A DNA stretch of 64,000 bases, taken from an uncultured Planctomycetaceae bacterium. GTDB taxonomy: Bacteria; Planctomycetota; Planctomycetia; Isosphaerales; Isosphaeraceae. Under the pieces are notes generated by a model. It saw nothing but the letters and a program-made list of their open reading frames with translations. It was not told where the DNA came from and did not search any database. Where the stretch lies: positions 192,001-256,000 of the forward strand of contig CAWIAD010000002.1 in the NCBI GenBank assembly GCA_963833985.1. Reading direction: 5' to 3'. The position numbers and the translations under genes were made by a program. Below are positions 9,985 to 20,913 of the stretch, piece by piece (the first letter of the stretch is position 1; every line of letters starts with the position of its first letter).

Positions 9985-10156
9985 GGACGCACACGTGGCC
10001 ATCTGCCCCGAACGCCGGGACGTGCGGACCCGCGACGATACGATGTGCGGGTCGGGCTGACGTTCGAGGTTGGCGGCTGCGCCCGTGAAAACCACGTGCT
10101 GACGCACGTGGCCATCCACCCCCGACTCCAGGCGCTCGCGCATGTGGGTATCCACC
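9985..10156 (+). repeat. Inverted homologue of end A (REP-like hairpins)
   Basis: 10050-10114 matches the reverse complement of 2125-2189 at 53/65 ungapped; perfect 8-bp stem CCACGTGC-TGAC-GCACGTGG at 10092-10111; weaker copies near 9990 and 10130. Confidence 0.85.
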
Positions 10157-10264
10157 GTCCAGACGCTTGTGCGAAGATACGACTGACTCGACGCTGGTCG
10201 GCGCCCGGAGTTCCGCACCGGGGCCGATCCGTCCTGGACGACGTCGTGCCCGATGGAGTTCCCC

Positions 10265-13200
10265 ATGTCCCCGGACACCAACCGATGCCCGACTTGCGGC
10301 GCCCTGCGACCCGCGGACGCCCCGGAGGGCCTTTGCCACGCCTGCCTGACACTCCAGACTCTGGGTCATGACGCTTCCGTGCCGGCCGGAGCCGCCACCA
10401 CAGCGGGTGCGGACGCCACTGGCTCCGGTGACTCGCCCGAGCCCGAGCCGGTGCATCCCGAGGCGATCCACGAACAGACTCTCACGTCAGCCACGAGGAT
10501 CGTACCGTCCCCGGCCGAAGCCACAAGTGCCGGGCCAACTGACCACAACCAGGCGACCCACACTCCCGACGGCGACGGGGCGACAAACGACCTGCCGCGC
10601 GGCGCCACGGTGCGTTATTTCGGCGACTACGAGGTCCAGACGCTGCTGGGACGCGGGGGCATGGGCGTTGTGTACAGGGCCCGCCAGGTCAGCCTCAATC
10701 GGCCCGTCGCCCTGAAGATGATCAAAGCTGGCGTCCTGGCCGACGACGCCGAACTGCGCCGGTTCCAGAACGAGGCCGAGGCGGTCGCGCTGCTCGATCA
10801 CGCGGGCATCGTTCCGGTGTACGAGGTCGGCGAATACGACGGCCAGCGCTACTTCAGCATGAAGCTCATCGAGGGCGGCAACGTCGCCGAGAAGCTCGAC
10901 GCGTTCGCGGACGATCCCCGGGCGGCGGCGATCCTGCTGGCCGAGGCGGCGGAGGCGGTCCACCACGCCGCACATGCGCGGCATCCTTCACCGCGACCTG
11001 AAGCCGGCGAACATCCTGATCGACGCCCAAGGCCACCCGCACGTCACCGACTTCGGCCTGGCCAAGCGGGTCCAGGCGGATCTGGAGATGACCGCCAGTG
11101 GGGCGATCCTCGGCACGCCAGCCTACATGAGCCCCGAACAGGCAGCCGGACATCGCGGCACGATCACAACGGCGACCGACGTTTACGGCCTGGGCACAAT
11201 TCTCTATGCCCTGTTGACCGGGCAGGCTCCGTTCGGCGGCGATGGCGTGATCGAGACGCTCGATTTGGTACGCTCGCGGCCGCCGGAGCCGCCAAGGCGG
11301 ATCAACGCCCGTACCCCGCGTGATCTGGAGACGATCTGCCTGAAGTGTCTGGAGAAGGACCCGCGGCGCCGCTATGCCTCGGCGCAGGCGCTGGCCGACG
11401 ACCTGCACGCCTGGCTCGAGAGCCGGCCGATCACCGCCCGGCCCGTTCCATCGATCGAGCGCGCCGTACTCTGGTGCCGGCGGCGTCCGGCGATTGCGGC
11501 GCTGGCCGCCACGGTGGTGCTGGCGGTCCTCACCGGCACGGCGTCAGTCATCCTCGTGCAGGCCCGGGCCAACCAGGAGCTGGAGGCCAAGAACCGCGAG
11601 CTGGCCCGGGCGAACGCCGAGCTGGCCGAGGAGAAGGGCCGCGTGCAGCGCCGGTTCGAGCTGGCGCAGGAGGCGATCCGGACCTTCCACACCGGCGTCA
11701 GCGAGGACGTCCTGCTCCGCGAGAAGCAGTTTGACGCGCTACGGACCAAGCTGTTGCAGGGCGCCCGCGAGTTTTACCGCAAGCTCGAGGGCCTGCTCCA
11801 GGGGCAGCCCGACCGCGCCTCGCGCAAGGCGATGGGGAAGACCTACCTCGAGCTGTCGCTCCTCGCCGGCAAGATCGAGGGCCTCGACACGTCGACCCGG
11901 ATCGCCCGCGATGCCCTGGCGGTGTTCGAGTCGCTGTACCGCGAGGACCCGACGGACCACGAGGCGCGCCGCGAGCTGGGCCTGGCATGGAACTTTTTCG
12001 CCGTCCGGCGGTACTCGCAGAACGGAGGCCTTCCCGAAGCGATGGAGGCGTTCCGGCACGCCTACGAGATCCTGGACCCGCTGGCCCAGGGCGAACCGCC
12101 CGATGTCGAGGCGCGGTTGGAGCTGGCTTCGGCCTGCAACCTTCTGAGCTTCTTGGTGAGCGGCCTGGGAGGACGCGAAAGTCGCAACGAGGTGATCGCA
12201 CTTCAAGACCGCGCCGGACGCTCGTGGAAGGCCTCGCCCGGCTCGAAACCCTCGACGAAACGCTTCGGTTTCGCGTGGCGACGTTCTCGGACATCCAGGC
12301 CTTGGTCCTGGGGGGGAGCTCGAGCGGCAAGACGAGGCCAACGAAGCGTTCGCCCGCGCCCGCGCGATCCTTGACGACCTGGTCCGTGCCCATCCAACCA
12401 ACTCGGAATATGCGTCCGCACTGACTCGGGCCTACGGCAACTCCATGGTCAGCATCGACGAGCGAGACGGCCGCCGCGATGCGGATCGCCTCGCACTGGG
12501 CCGGCGGGTCCGGGAGGTCTGCGATGAAATGGCCGTGCAATACCCGACCATCACCGCCTTTCGAGGCAACAAAGCCTGGATTGATCTCATGATGGCGACG
12601 ACCCTGATCGAGATCGACCGGGATGCCGAGGCCCTGCCGTTGCTCGAGGAAGCCCGGTCGATCCGGGCGGACATGACCCGGGCGGACCCGAACGACACCC
12701 GTTACCATGAGCAGCTCGCGGCAACTCTGCTCGACCTCCGCGCCCTGCACGCCCGCGCGGGGCGGTTCGCCGAGGCGCGGGCGGCGCGAGTCGAGGCGGT
12801 GGCGATCCTGGCTCGCGTCGCACGGTGGAATCACGAGGATGCCACGCTCCTCGACGACCAGGCGAGCAACCTCACCGACTGCTCGGACCTGATCCTCCGC
12901 AGCGCTCGGACCGCCGACCCCGCCCTCATGGCCGAGGAGGCGGGCGCCGGTTACCGCGAGGCCGTCGCGATCCGCGAGCGGCTCGTCGTCGCGCACCCGA
13001 AGGCCCTGCGCTTCCGCAATCATCTGGCCTATAAGTTTGCGCCGGCTGGCGCTGGTCGAGCGCGACCTCGGCGACGTCGCCGGTGCGGTTGCAAGGACGA
13101 CCCGGGCCACTCTACTCTTTGAAGGGCTGCCGCCGGAGGAGGCCCGAAGCTGGACTGCGTTCGAGCTAGCCTGCTGTCGCGCCGCGCTGGCTGGCCTGGT

Positions 13201-13399
13201 CGGTCCGGGGTCCTCGCTCGGCGAAGCCCCCGCGCTGGCCGACCGCGCCATGCAACTCCTGCGCGATGCCTACGCACTCGGCTACCGCAATCTGGTCGCC
13301 TACCGCAGCGACCCCGGCCTCGACCCGCTCCGCGACCGCCCCGACTTCCGGCTACTCATGCTCGATCTGGCTTTCCCGGCCCAGCCATTCGCGCGGTGA
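10265..13399 (+). CDS. Ser/Thr protein kinase with N-terminal double-CxxC motif, TM helix and TPR region (frameshifts near 10968, 12215, 12312, 13035)
   Basis: CPTC...CHAC; GRGGMG, VALK, HRDLKPAN, DFG, GTPAYMSPEQ; terminal DPGLDPLRDRPDFRLL motif in ORF 13037..13399. Confidence 0.88.
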
Positions 13400-13601
13400 C
13401 CGCGAGCCGGTGCGAACGGTTCCCCTGGAAGAAAAGAAGGTCGGACATTGCCGTCTCCCTCCGCGGGCGCTGGCCGCCTGGCTTGACTCCGGCGCGTTCG
13501 CGTCCTACGAGACCTGTATCCGTTCCTCGGGATCAAGCCCTCCACGGCGGTCGCCACCTGTCTTCCGGCTGACGCGGGCCGAACCAGGCCGTGAGGTCAC
13601 G

Positions 13602-15488
13602 TTGTCAATTATCAGCCGCCTCGCGTGGAGTCCAGGACTTGCCGGTCGGGCCGGCACGGATGGTTCCAGCACGCCCGACAAGCGGGACGAGCGGTTGCCT
13701 TACGACCTGACAATTCGCCTCGCTCTGCTGGCATTCACCGCGCTCTTGCCGACGATCGCCATCAAGTTTGTCGGCGGGGACGACAGTGTCAACTTCCTCG
13801 AGAATCAGGAATTCCGCGGACTGGGCTGGGAACAGCTCAGGTGGGCCTGGGGAAGCACGCTCGTCGGTGTTTACCAGCCGGTCGCCTGGATGCTGCTTGA
13901 GGCTCAGTATGCACTCTGGGGGCTGAACCCCCGGGGTTATCATGTCGTGAGCCTTACACTCCACGCCCTGGATACCGTGGTGCTGTTCACGCTCACGGTC
14001 ACGCTCATCCAGCGGTGCCGGCCCGACCTCTGCGCCGCGGAGCGACGCCTCATGTACCAGACGACTGCCATCGCCGTGGCACTCTACTCGGTCCACCCAT
14101 GGCGGGCTGAGGTCACATCGTGGGCCTCATGCCAGCCGTACTTGCCCTGCGCACTGTTCTCGATGCTTTCGGTGCTGGCCTACTTGCACGCCCAGGACGG
14201 AGCCCGGTCGCGCCGGTCGTCGTGGGCGTGGGTCGGAGTGTCGTTCGTACTTTACATCACGGCGGTCATGTGCAAGGCGCCGGCGGTCTGTCTGCCGGCG
14301 ATCCTGCTGATTCTCGACGTTTACCCGCTCCGCCGGCTTGGCGGCCGGTCAAACCTGAGAGCTGGCTGGTTAAGCCGTGAGGCGATCGCCGTCTGGGCGG
14401 AGAAGGTTCCGTTCGCGGCGGTGGCGCTGACGATGATGATCGTCGCCGTCGTCGCCCGGGAGTCGCTGTCGGCGAGCATTGTGCATCCTTTGAGTTTCCG
14501 GATCGCACAGGCGTGTTACGCCGCTGTCTTGTACCTGTTCAAGACGATTGTACCGGTGGGGATCACCGCGTTTTACCCGTTCCCCACCCATCCCTCGTGG
14601 ACGCAACCCCGGTTCGTCTTGAGCATCGCTTTCGTCGCGGTCGCGAGCATCGCCCTGTTCCGGCTCAGGCACCGCCTGCCGGGACTACTGGCGGCCTGGG
14701 CGGCTTACCTGGTGATCCTGGCCCCGACGTCGGGGCTCGTGCCGATGGGGCGGGCGATGGTGGCCGATCGGTACACGTACCTCGCAATGATGGTCTGGGT
14801 TGCTCCGACTGCCGCCGGTCTGACTCTGCTGATCCGCCGGGCCGATCGAGCCTGGAGGGTCGTCAGCTTTGCGGCAGCGGTTCCTGTCGTACTGGGGCTA
14901 TCGGTGGCGAGCTGGTTTCAGTGCGCAACCTGGTCGAGCGCTGAGGCAATATGGACCAACGCGCTGGAGCACGGAGGTCAGGACTCTTCCGATGTCCACA
15001 ACGGTCTGGCGCTGGCCTACGCCCAGTCTGGGATGTTCTCGGACGCGGAAGTCCATTTCAAGAAAGCCGTTGCGATCAACCCGGACCAGGCTTCGGTTCA
15101 GAACAACCTGGGGCTGTTGCTGTGCGACCTGGGGAAGCTGAACGAGGCGGTCCCGCATCTGCTCGAGGCGATTCGCCTGAAACCGAACTTTGCCCCTGCA
15201 TACAACAATCTGGGGATCGTCTTCTCCCGCAAGGGCAAATCGAAGGACTCGGAATTCTTCTACCGTACGGCCCTCGTCATGAAGCCGAGGAGTCCCGAAT
15301 TCCGCGGCAACCTGGGGGTCGCGTTGCTGGACCAGGGACGGTTCGCCGAGGCTGCAATCGAGTTCCAGGCCGCCCTGAAGCTAAGGCCCCAGGACAAGAG
15401 GGCCCAGAGCGGTTTGCAAAGAGCCCGCGCCGGCACGGACGACAGCCATATCGCTCCAAACGCTTCCCACAAGCCAACGGCCCTCTGA
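13602..15488 (+). CDS. TMTC-like multi-pass membrane glycosyltransferase (GT-C) with C-terminal TPRs; start uncertain
   Basis: DD motif, YQPV, GYHVVS..LH, HPWRAEV, ADRYTYL and C-terminal NNLG-type TPR repeats; candidate TTG start after GAGG. Confidence 0.8.
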   Translation: MSIISRLAWSPGLAGRAGTDGSSTPDKRDERLPYDLTIRLALLAFTALLPTIAIKFVGGDDSVNFLENQEFRGLGWEQLRWAWGSTLVGVYQPVAWMLLEAQYALWGLNPRGYHVVSLTLHALDTVVLFTLTVTLIQRCRPDLCAAERRLMYQTTAIAVALYSVHPWRAEVTSWASCQPYLPCALFSMLSVLAYLHAQDGARSRRSSWAWVGVSFVLYITAVMCKAPAVCLPAILLILDVYPLRRLGGRSNLRAGWLSREAIAVWAEKVPFAAVALTMMIVAVVARESLSASIVHPLSFRIAQACYAAVLYLFKTIVPVGITAFYPFPTHPSWTQPRFVLSIAFVAVASIALFRLRHRLPGLLAAWAAYLVILAPTSGLVPMGRAMVADRYTYLAMMVWVAPTAAGLTLLIRRADRAWRVVSFAAAVPVVLGLSVASWFQCATWSSAEAIWTNALEHGGQDSSDVHNGLALAYAQSGMFSDAEVHFKKAVAINPDQASVQNNLGLLLCDLGKLNEAVPHLLEAIRLKPNFAPAYNNLGIVFSRKGKSKDSEFFYRTALVMKPRSPEFRGNLGVALLDQGRFAEAAIEFQAALKLRPQDKRAQSGLQRARAGTDDSHIAPNASHKPTAL

Positions 15489-15591
15489 GTCCACCAAGAA
15501 CAGACGCGCCCAGCGGCCGAAGTTGCATTCCCTTCCCGCGCGGTCATAATGAATCAGGCCCATATCGCTTGCGCCTGGAAGGTCTGGTCCC

Positions 15592-16248
15592 ATGGATTTC
15601 GCACCCCGCACGCCGCCGATCTTTGACCCGCCGATCCGGCTGGCGGTGTGTGTTTCGGGCGGTGGCACGACGCTTCAAAACCTGATCGACCTGATCCGGG
15701 CCCGGCGGCTGAACGCACAGATCGTTCAGGTCGTGGCCAGCCGGCCGCGGATCGGAGCCATCGCCCGGGCCGAGGCGGTGAGCATCCCGCTCTCGCTGGC
15801 CAGCCAGACGGCCCATTCCTCGGCCGAGTTCAGTGCATCGGTCTTCGACCCCATCCGCCACAGCCGGGCCGACCTGGTGGTCCTGGGCGGCTTCCTGGCG
15901 CTGGTCAAGATCCCGCGCGACTACAAGGGGCGGGTGATCAACGTCCATCCCTCGCTCATCCCCGCGTTCTGCGGCAAGGGCTACTACGGCGCGAAGGTCC
16001 ACCAGGCGGTGATCGAATCGGGAGCCAGGGTGAGCGGCTGCACCGTGCACTTCGCCGACGAGGTCTATGACAGCGGCCCGATCATCTCGCAACGCACCGT
16101 CCCGGTGCACGACGACGACACGACCGAATCGCTGGCAGCCCGCGTTTTCGTCGAGGAGTGCAAGGCCCTCCCCGAGGCCATCGAGCACTACGCCGCGGGC
16201 CGGCTACGGGTCGAGGGACGCCGGGTTTTCGTGCTGCCGCCCGTGTGA
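15592..16248 (+). CDS. purN: Phosphoribosylglycinamide formyltransferase
   Basis: SGGGTTLQ, INVHPSLIPAFCG, SGCTVHF, DSGPII. Confidence 0.95.
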   Translation: MDFAPRTPPIFDPPIRLAVCVSGGGTTLQNLIDLIRARRLNAQIVQVVASRPRIGAIARAEAVSIPLSLASQTAHSSAEFSASVFDPIRHSRADLVVLGGFLALVKIPRDYKGRVINVHPSLIPAFCGKGYYGAKVHQAVIESGARVSGCTVHFADEVYDSGPIISQRTVPVHDDDTTESLAARVFVEECKALPEAIEHYAAGRLRVEGRRVFVLPPV

Positions 16249-16312
16249 ACGGCTGGCATCGCATGAGAGGCGGATCGGGGCGTTCCTCAACCCCGAGGAC
16301 CGGCCATGTTGC

Positions 16313-17005
16313 TTAAAACATGAGATCAGCCAGCCCGCTGAGCCCCACCGGTTCGCGGCTGGCGAACGGCTCGGCGTGGCGTACGCCGGCCAGGTGGCCC
16401 CAGAACCGCGTCCGATCATGGACGGACTCGATCACGCCCGGCTTTCCCTCCGGCTGGTTGTCCACGAGCTGCGAACGGTAGCAGCGCAGCGCCTGGTCCT
16501 TGGCCGCAAGCTGGTCCGAGATGTCGACCACGAAACTGGGCCGCTCGACGATCCGCAGGTGCACGCTGAAGTAATAGAGGATCCGCGCCGGATGGAAGGG
16601 TTCGCCCGGAATGTCCGACTTCGAGAGCTTGCTCCAGAACCGGGCGTCCTCCACCAGCTTGGTCCCCGCCGTGTGGTCGGGGTGAGCATCTTCCCAGTAC
16701 GGCGCGAAGAGCAGGCGCAGGCGCGCCTGGCGGAACACGGCCGCCAGGGTGCGGCGGTGCAGCAGGGTGGGCTCCAGGCTGCGGTTAGGCAATCCCAGGT
16801 TTTGCCTCCAGGGGTTGCCCAGCGCCTGGTTGGCCGCGGCAGTCTCGGCAGCTCGCCGCTCGGGTGATCCAAGCGGGGTTGGCTCGCCGCTGGTCAGGTC
16901 GAGAATCCCGATCTTCCATCCCTGCCCGATCAGTCGGACAATGGTCCCTCCCATGCCCAGCTCGGCATCGTCCGGATGAGGCGCTACCACCAGGGCGTCA
17001 AGCAT
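16313..17005 (-). CDS. bshB1: PIG-L family deacetylase, BshB1-like
   Basis: APHPDDAELGMGGT, DLTSGE, HPDH, AEPF. Confidence 0.8.
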   Translation of the reverse strand: MLDALVVAPHPDDAELGMGGTIVRLIGQGWKIGILDLTSGEPTPLGSPERRAAETAAANQALGNPWRQNLGLPNRSLEPTLLHRRTLAAVFRQARLRLLFAPYWEDAHPDHTAGTKLVEDARFWSKLSKSDIPGEPFHPARILYYFSVHLRIVERPSFVVDISDQLAAKDQALRCYRSQLVDNQPEGKPGVIESVHDRTRFWGHLAGVRHAEPFASREPVGLSGLADLMF

Positions 17006-17060
17006 GCGCTGCGCTCGTTTCTGGTAAGATCGCTCGGGTTCACGAGCCCTGAATTATGAA

Positions 17061-18205
17061 ATGCCCGAACAGCGTTGGCAACCGGACCGACCAGGGCCGA
17101 AGGGAGAGGTGGGTGGCATGACCGCGGGCGAGACTTCCCAGGACGGGGCTGCTCCGGCCGCGGCCGATCGCCAGCTCGCCTACTCGTGCACCGACAACTT
17201 CGTCGAGATCCTCGACCGGATCGGCGGGTCCTTGCTCGTCTCGACCTACCAGGCGGGCCGGGTGATCGTCGTGGGACGAAGCAAGGAGGGCCTCACGCTT
17301 TCCCTGCACAGCTTCGACCAGGCCATGGGCCTGGCCGTCGCCGCCGACCGGATCGCCGTTGGCTCGGCCTCGCAGATCTGGCTCTTGCAGGGTCAACCGG
17401 CGCTTGCCGGCAGGCTCGAGCCCCTCGGCCAGCACGATGGCTGCTTCGTCACCCGGGTCTCGCACGTGACCGGTGAAATCCGGGTGCATGAGCTGGCCTG
17501 GGGCGGACGCGAGCTCTGGTTCGTGAACACGCTCTTCTCGTGCCTCTGCGTGCTCGACCCGGCTCACAGCTTCCTGCCGCGCTGGCGTCCGGCGTTCATC
17601 AGCCGCACGGCCGCCGAGGATCGCTGCCATCTGAACGGACTGGCCATGGACAACGGTGTGCCGCGGTACGCCACGGCGCTGGGCGAGACCGACACCCCCG
17701 AGGGCTGGCGGGAAAAGAAGTCCGGCGGCGGCTGCCTGATCGACGTGACGGCCAATGCAACCGTGGCACGTGGTTTTGCCCTGCCGCACTCACCGCGCGT
17801 CCACCAGGGAACCATCTGGCTGCTCGATTCCGGTCGGGGCCGGCTGGTGACGGTTGACCTGCGCACCGGCAAGCACGAAAACGTCGCCGAGCTACCCGGC
17901 TATCCTCGTGGGCTGGCCTTCGCTGGGCCGTACGCCCTGGTTGGCCTGTCACGCACGCGCCCGGGCGCGGGTTCGATGGGATGCCGCTGGCGGATCGCCG
18001 TGACGCGCTCACGGCCGGGGTGGCCGTCGTGGAGCTGGCCAGCGGTCGCACGATCGGCTTGCTGGAATTCACCGCGGGCGTGCACGAGACCTTCGACGTC
18101 CAGATCTTGCCAGGCATGCGCCTCCCGGCCATCTGCGGCCCGTTCCCCTCCCGCGACGCCACGCAGCCGATCTGGATTGTGCCTGAGGCATGGCTGCCGC
18201 GTTAG
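17061..18205 (+). CDS. TIGR03032 / DUF4915 family protein (frameshift near 17970)
   Basis: STYQAG, VHELAW, FVNTLFSCL, EDRCHLNGLA, PHSPR, PGYPRGLAF; C-terminus in ORF 17981..18205. Confidence 0.85.
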
Positions 18206-18348
18206 CGCCCGAACTCGATGGCGGGCGATCCGCCACGCGATGAGGCAGTGTCCCAAACTCCATGAAATCCTCATTGGACATGGACGCTCCCTTCTTTCAC
18301 GATGAACTCTTTCTTTGAGGATTCTCCACGAGCTCCTGGAATGAAACC

Positions 18349-20859
18349 ATGCTGAAACGAACCGGCCTGATCGCACTCGTGACCGTATTCCTTACGCCGC
18401 TGGGTGCCTTGAACGCCCAGGAGCCGCCCCGGTACGCCGGCGCCACGAAGGCCGGCTTCTTGCTGCCCAACGGCTGGACGGTCTCGCCGGCGGGTGCCCA
18501 GGTTCCGGTCGCCGACCTGCCGCTCAATATCCTCCCCTCGCCAGATGGCCGCCACGCCCTCATCGCCACCAGCGGCTACAACGCGCACGAGCTGTCGCTG
18601 GTCGACCTGGAGCGGAAGGCAGTCGTCGATCACCAGACCGTGCACGAGAGCTGGTTCGGGCTGGCGGCCACCCGCACATTCGACCGGGTCTGGTGGTCGG
18701 GCGGGGGCACGAATTCCATTCACGCCTTCCAGCTCGACGGGCCGAAGCTGGCGCGCCAGGGCGCGGAGGCCCCGAGCGAGGGCAGGTCAGGCGCCCAGCG
18801 GGGCAAGAGCCACTTCCAGAGCGGCCTGACCTTCGACGCCAGGCGCAACAGGCTGTACGCGCTGGATATCGATTTCGGAACCATCAAGGCACTGGATCCC
18901 ACCACCGGGCAGGAGATCCTCTCGGCACAGATCGGCGGCCGGCCTTATGATGTGGCCCTAGACCGCGACGGTCACCTGCTCCATGTCTCCGACTGGGCCG
19001 GCCGCGCCGTCGCTGTGGTGGACCCGGCCGACCTGCACACCACGGCGCGGATCGCCGTCGGCGAGCATCCCAATCAACTTGCCCTGCATCCCCAGGATCA
19101 CCGGCTGTTCGTGGCCTGTGCGTCAAGCAACCTGGTGAGCGTGATCGACACGCGCCGGGGCATCGTCACGGAGACGATCCACACCGCACTCTTCCCCCGC
19201 GCTCCGGAGGGCTCGACGCCCGACGCTCTGGCCATCGCGCCCGACGGCAAGACGCTGTACGTCGCCAACGCCGACAACAACTGCGTGGCCGTCATCGACA
19301 TCGCCACTCCGCAGCACAGCGCCGTCAAGGGCTTCATCCCCACCGGCTGGTACCCCACGGCCGTCGCGGTCTCGGCCAACGGTAAGAACCTGCTGGTCGG
19401 CGTCGGCAAGGGGAACCAGACGAAGCCCAACCCCATCAGTACGGATCCGGCCAATCACAAGTCGCAGGGCGATCCCGACGCCCGGCGGAGGACTCTGCCC
19501 TTCCCGTACATCGGCAGCACGCTCTCCGGAGCGCTTTCCATCGTGCCCGTACCTGACGACAAAACCCTGGCCGGCTACACCGAGACGGTCTACAGGAACT
19601 GCCCCTATTCCGACAAGCTGCTCTCCGAGAGCCCTTACCCCGAGAAGACCGCCATCCCCACGCGTGTGGGCGACCCATCGCCAATCAAGCATATTCTCTA
19701 CATCATCAAGGAGAACCGGACCTACGACCAGGTGCTCGGCGACCTGACGCGGGGCAACGGCGACCCCGCGCTCGTGATGTTCGGCCGCGACGTCACGCCC
19801 AACCACCACAGGCTGGCCGAGGAGTTCGTGCTGCTGGACAACCTCTATTGCAACGGGCACGTCTCGGCCGACGGCCATCCCTGGTCGACCATGGCCTACA
19901 ACACGGACTACATCGCCCGCAACTGGGCGCTCACGTACTCCTCGCGGGCGGGCGTGGACGATGACGAGCACGGGGACCTCTCGAACGCTCCTTCGGGCTA
20001 CCTCTGGGATGCCTGCGCCCACGCAGGGCTATCGTACCGCAGCTATGGCGAGTACGGCCGGCGGGTGAGCCAGCCCGACGGCACCTTGCGCGTGGAGGGC
20101 TCGGTTCCCGGCCTGGTCGGCCACATGTGCCCGACCTACGGCATCTCCCGGACGCCGGGCCGGCGCAGCCGCGACACCGACAACGCCGAGACGTTCATCA
20201 AGGAGTTCCAGGACTTCGAGAAGAGTGGCGCCGTGCCGCGGTTCATGGTGATGAGCCTGGGAGAGGACCACACCACCGGAACCCGTCCCGGCACGTTCAC
20301 ACCGCAGGCGTGCGTGGCCAGCAACGACGTCGCCCTGGGGCGGATCGTCGAGGCCGTGACGCACAGCAAGCTGTGGCCCGAGACGGCGATCTTCGTGATC
20401 GAGGACGACGCACAGAACGGCCCGGACCACGTCGATGCCCACCGCACCGTGGGCCTGGTGATCAGCCCCTACACGAAGCGCAAGCACCTGGACAGCACGC
20501 AGTACACCACCGTGAGCATGATCCACACCATGGAGCTGATCCTTGGTCTCTCCCCTCTCAGCCAGTACGACGCCGCGGCGCGGCCGATGTTCGCGTGCTT
20601 CACCGACCGGCCTGATCTGACGGCCTACGTTTCTGAGCCGGCCCGGATCGACCTGGAAGCCGTCAACACCCCGCTGGCCTACGGCGCCGAGCGGTCGATG
20701 AAGATGGACTTCGACGAGTACGACCGAGTCGACGACTTCGCGCTCAACGAGATCCTCTGGCGGGCCATCAAGGGGAAGGACGCGCCCGTGCCTCCCGCCG
20801 TCCGCCGGGCCATCGCGTACCGATCGCTGCCAACCGCGGGAAGCGATCGAATGCGATGA
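18349..20859 (+). CDS. Secreted YVTN/YncE beta-propeller plus phosphoesterase (alkaline-phosphatase-like) protein
   Basis: Signal peptide; LYVANADNN, GFIPTGWYPT, YIIKENRTYDQ, EDDAQNGPDHVDAHRT. Confidence 0.9.
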   Translation: MLKRTGLIALVTVFLTPLGALNAQEPPRYAGATKAGFLLPNGWTVSPAGAQVPVADLPLNILPSPDGRHALIATSGYNAHELSLVDLERKAVVDHQTVHESWFGLAATRTFDRVWWSGGGTNSIHAFQLDGPKLARQGAEAPSEGRSGAQRGKSHFQSGLTFDARRNRLYALDIDFGTIKALDPTTGQEILSAQIGGRPYDVALDRDGHLLHVSDWAGRAVAVVDPADLHTTARIAVGEHPNQLALHPQDHRLFVACASSNLVSVIDTRRGIVTETIHTALFPRAPEGSTPDALAIAPDGKTLYVANADNNCVAVIDIATPQHSAVKGFIPTGWYPTAVAVSANGKNLLVGVGKGNQTKPNPISTDPANHKSQGDPDARRRTLPFPYIGSTLSGALSIVPVPDDKTLAGYTETVYRNCPYSDKLLSESPYPEKTAIPTRVGDPSPIKHILYIIKENRTYDQVLGDLTRGNGDPALVMFGRDVTPNHHRLAEEFVLLDNLYCNGHVSADGHPWSTMAYNTDYIARNWALTYSSRAGVDDDEHGDLSNAPSGYLWDACAHAGLSYRSYGEYGRRVSQPDGTLRVEGSVPGLVGHMCPTYGISRTPGRRSRDTDNAETFIKEFQDFEKSGAVPRFMVMSLGEDHTTGTRPGTFTPQACVASNDVALGRIVEAVTHSKLWPETAIFVIEDDAQNGPDHVDAHRTVGLVISPYTKRKHLDSTQYTTVSMIHTMELILGLSPLSQYDAAARPMFACFTDRPDLTAYVSEPARIDLEAVNTPLAYGAERSMKMDFDEYDRVDDFALNEILWRAIKGKDAPVPPAVRRAIAYRSLPTAGSDRMR

Positions 20860-20863
20860 GCCG
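20695..20863 (+). repeat. 169-bp direct repeat, copy 1 (3' end of the phosphoesterase gene)
   Basis: Colinear, same-length diverged copy at 23911-24079. Confidence 0.9.
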
Positions 20864-20913
20864 CCCAGCGCGCATCATCAGCCGCTTCTGGATCCGAAGG
20901 AGTCTCGCCCCCT

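Noticed and set aside
11698..13251. Long antisense ORFs (this one, and also 31493..33097, 47724..49607, 54878..56578)
   Set aside because: Shadow ORFs opposite well-supported genes, expected at high GC.
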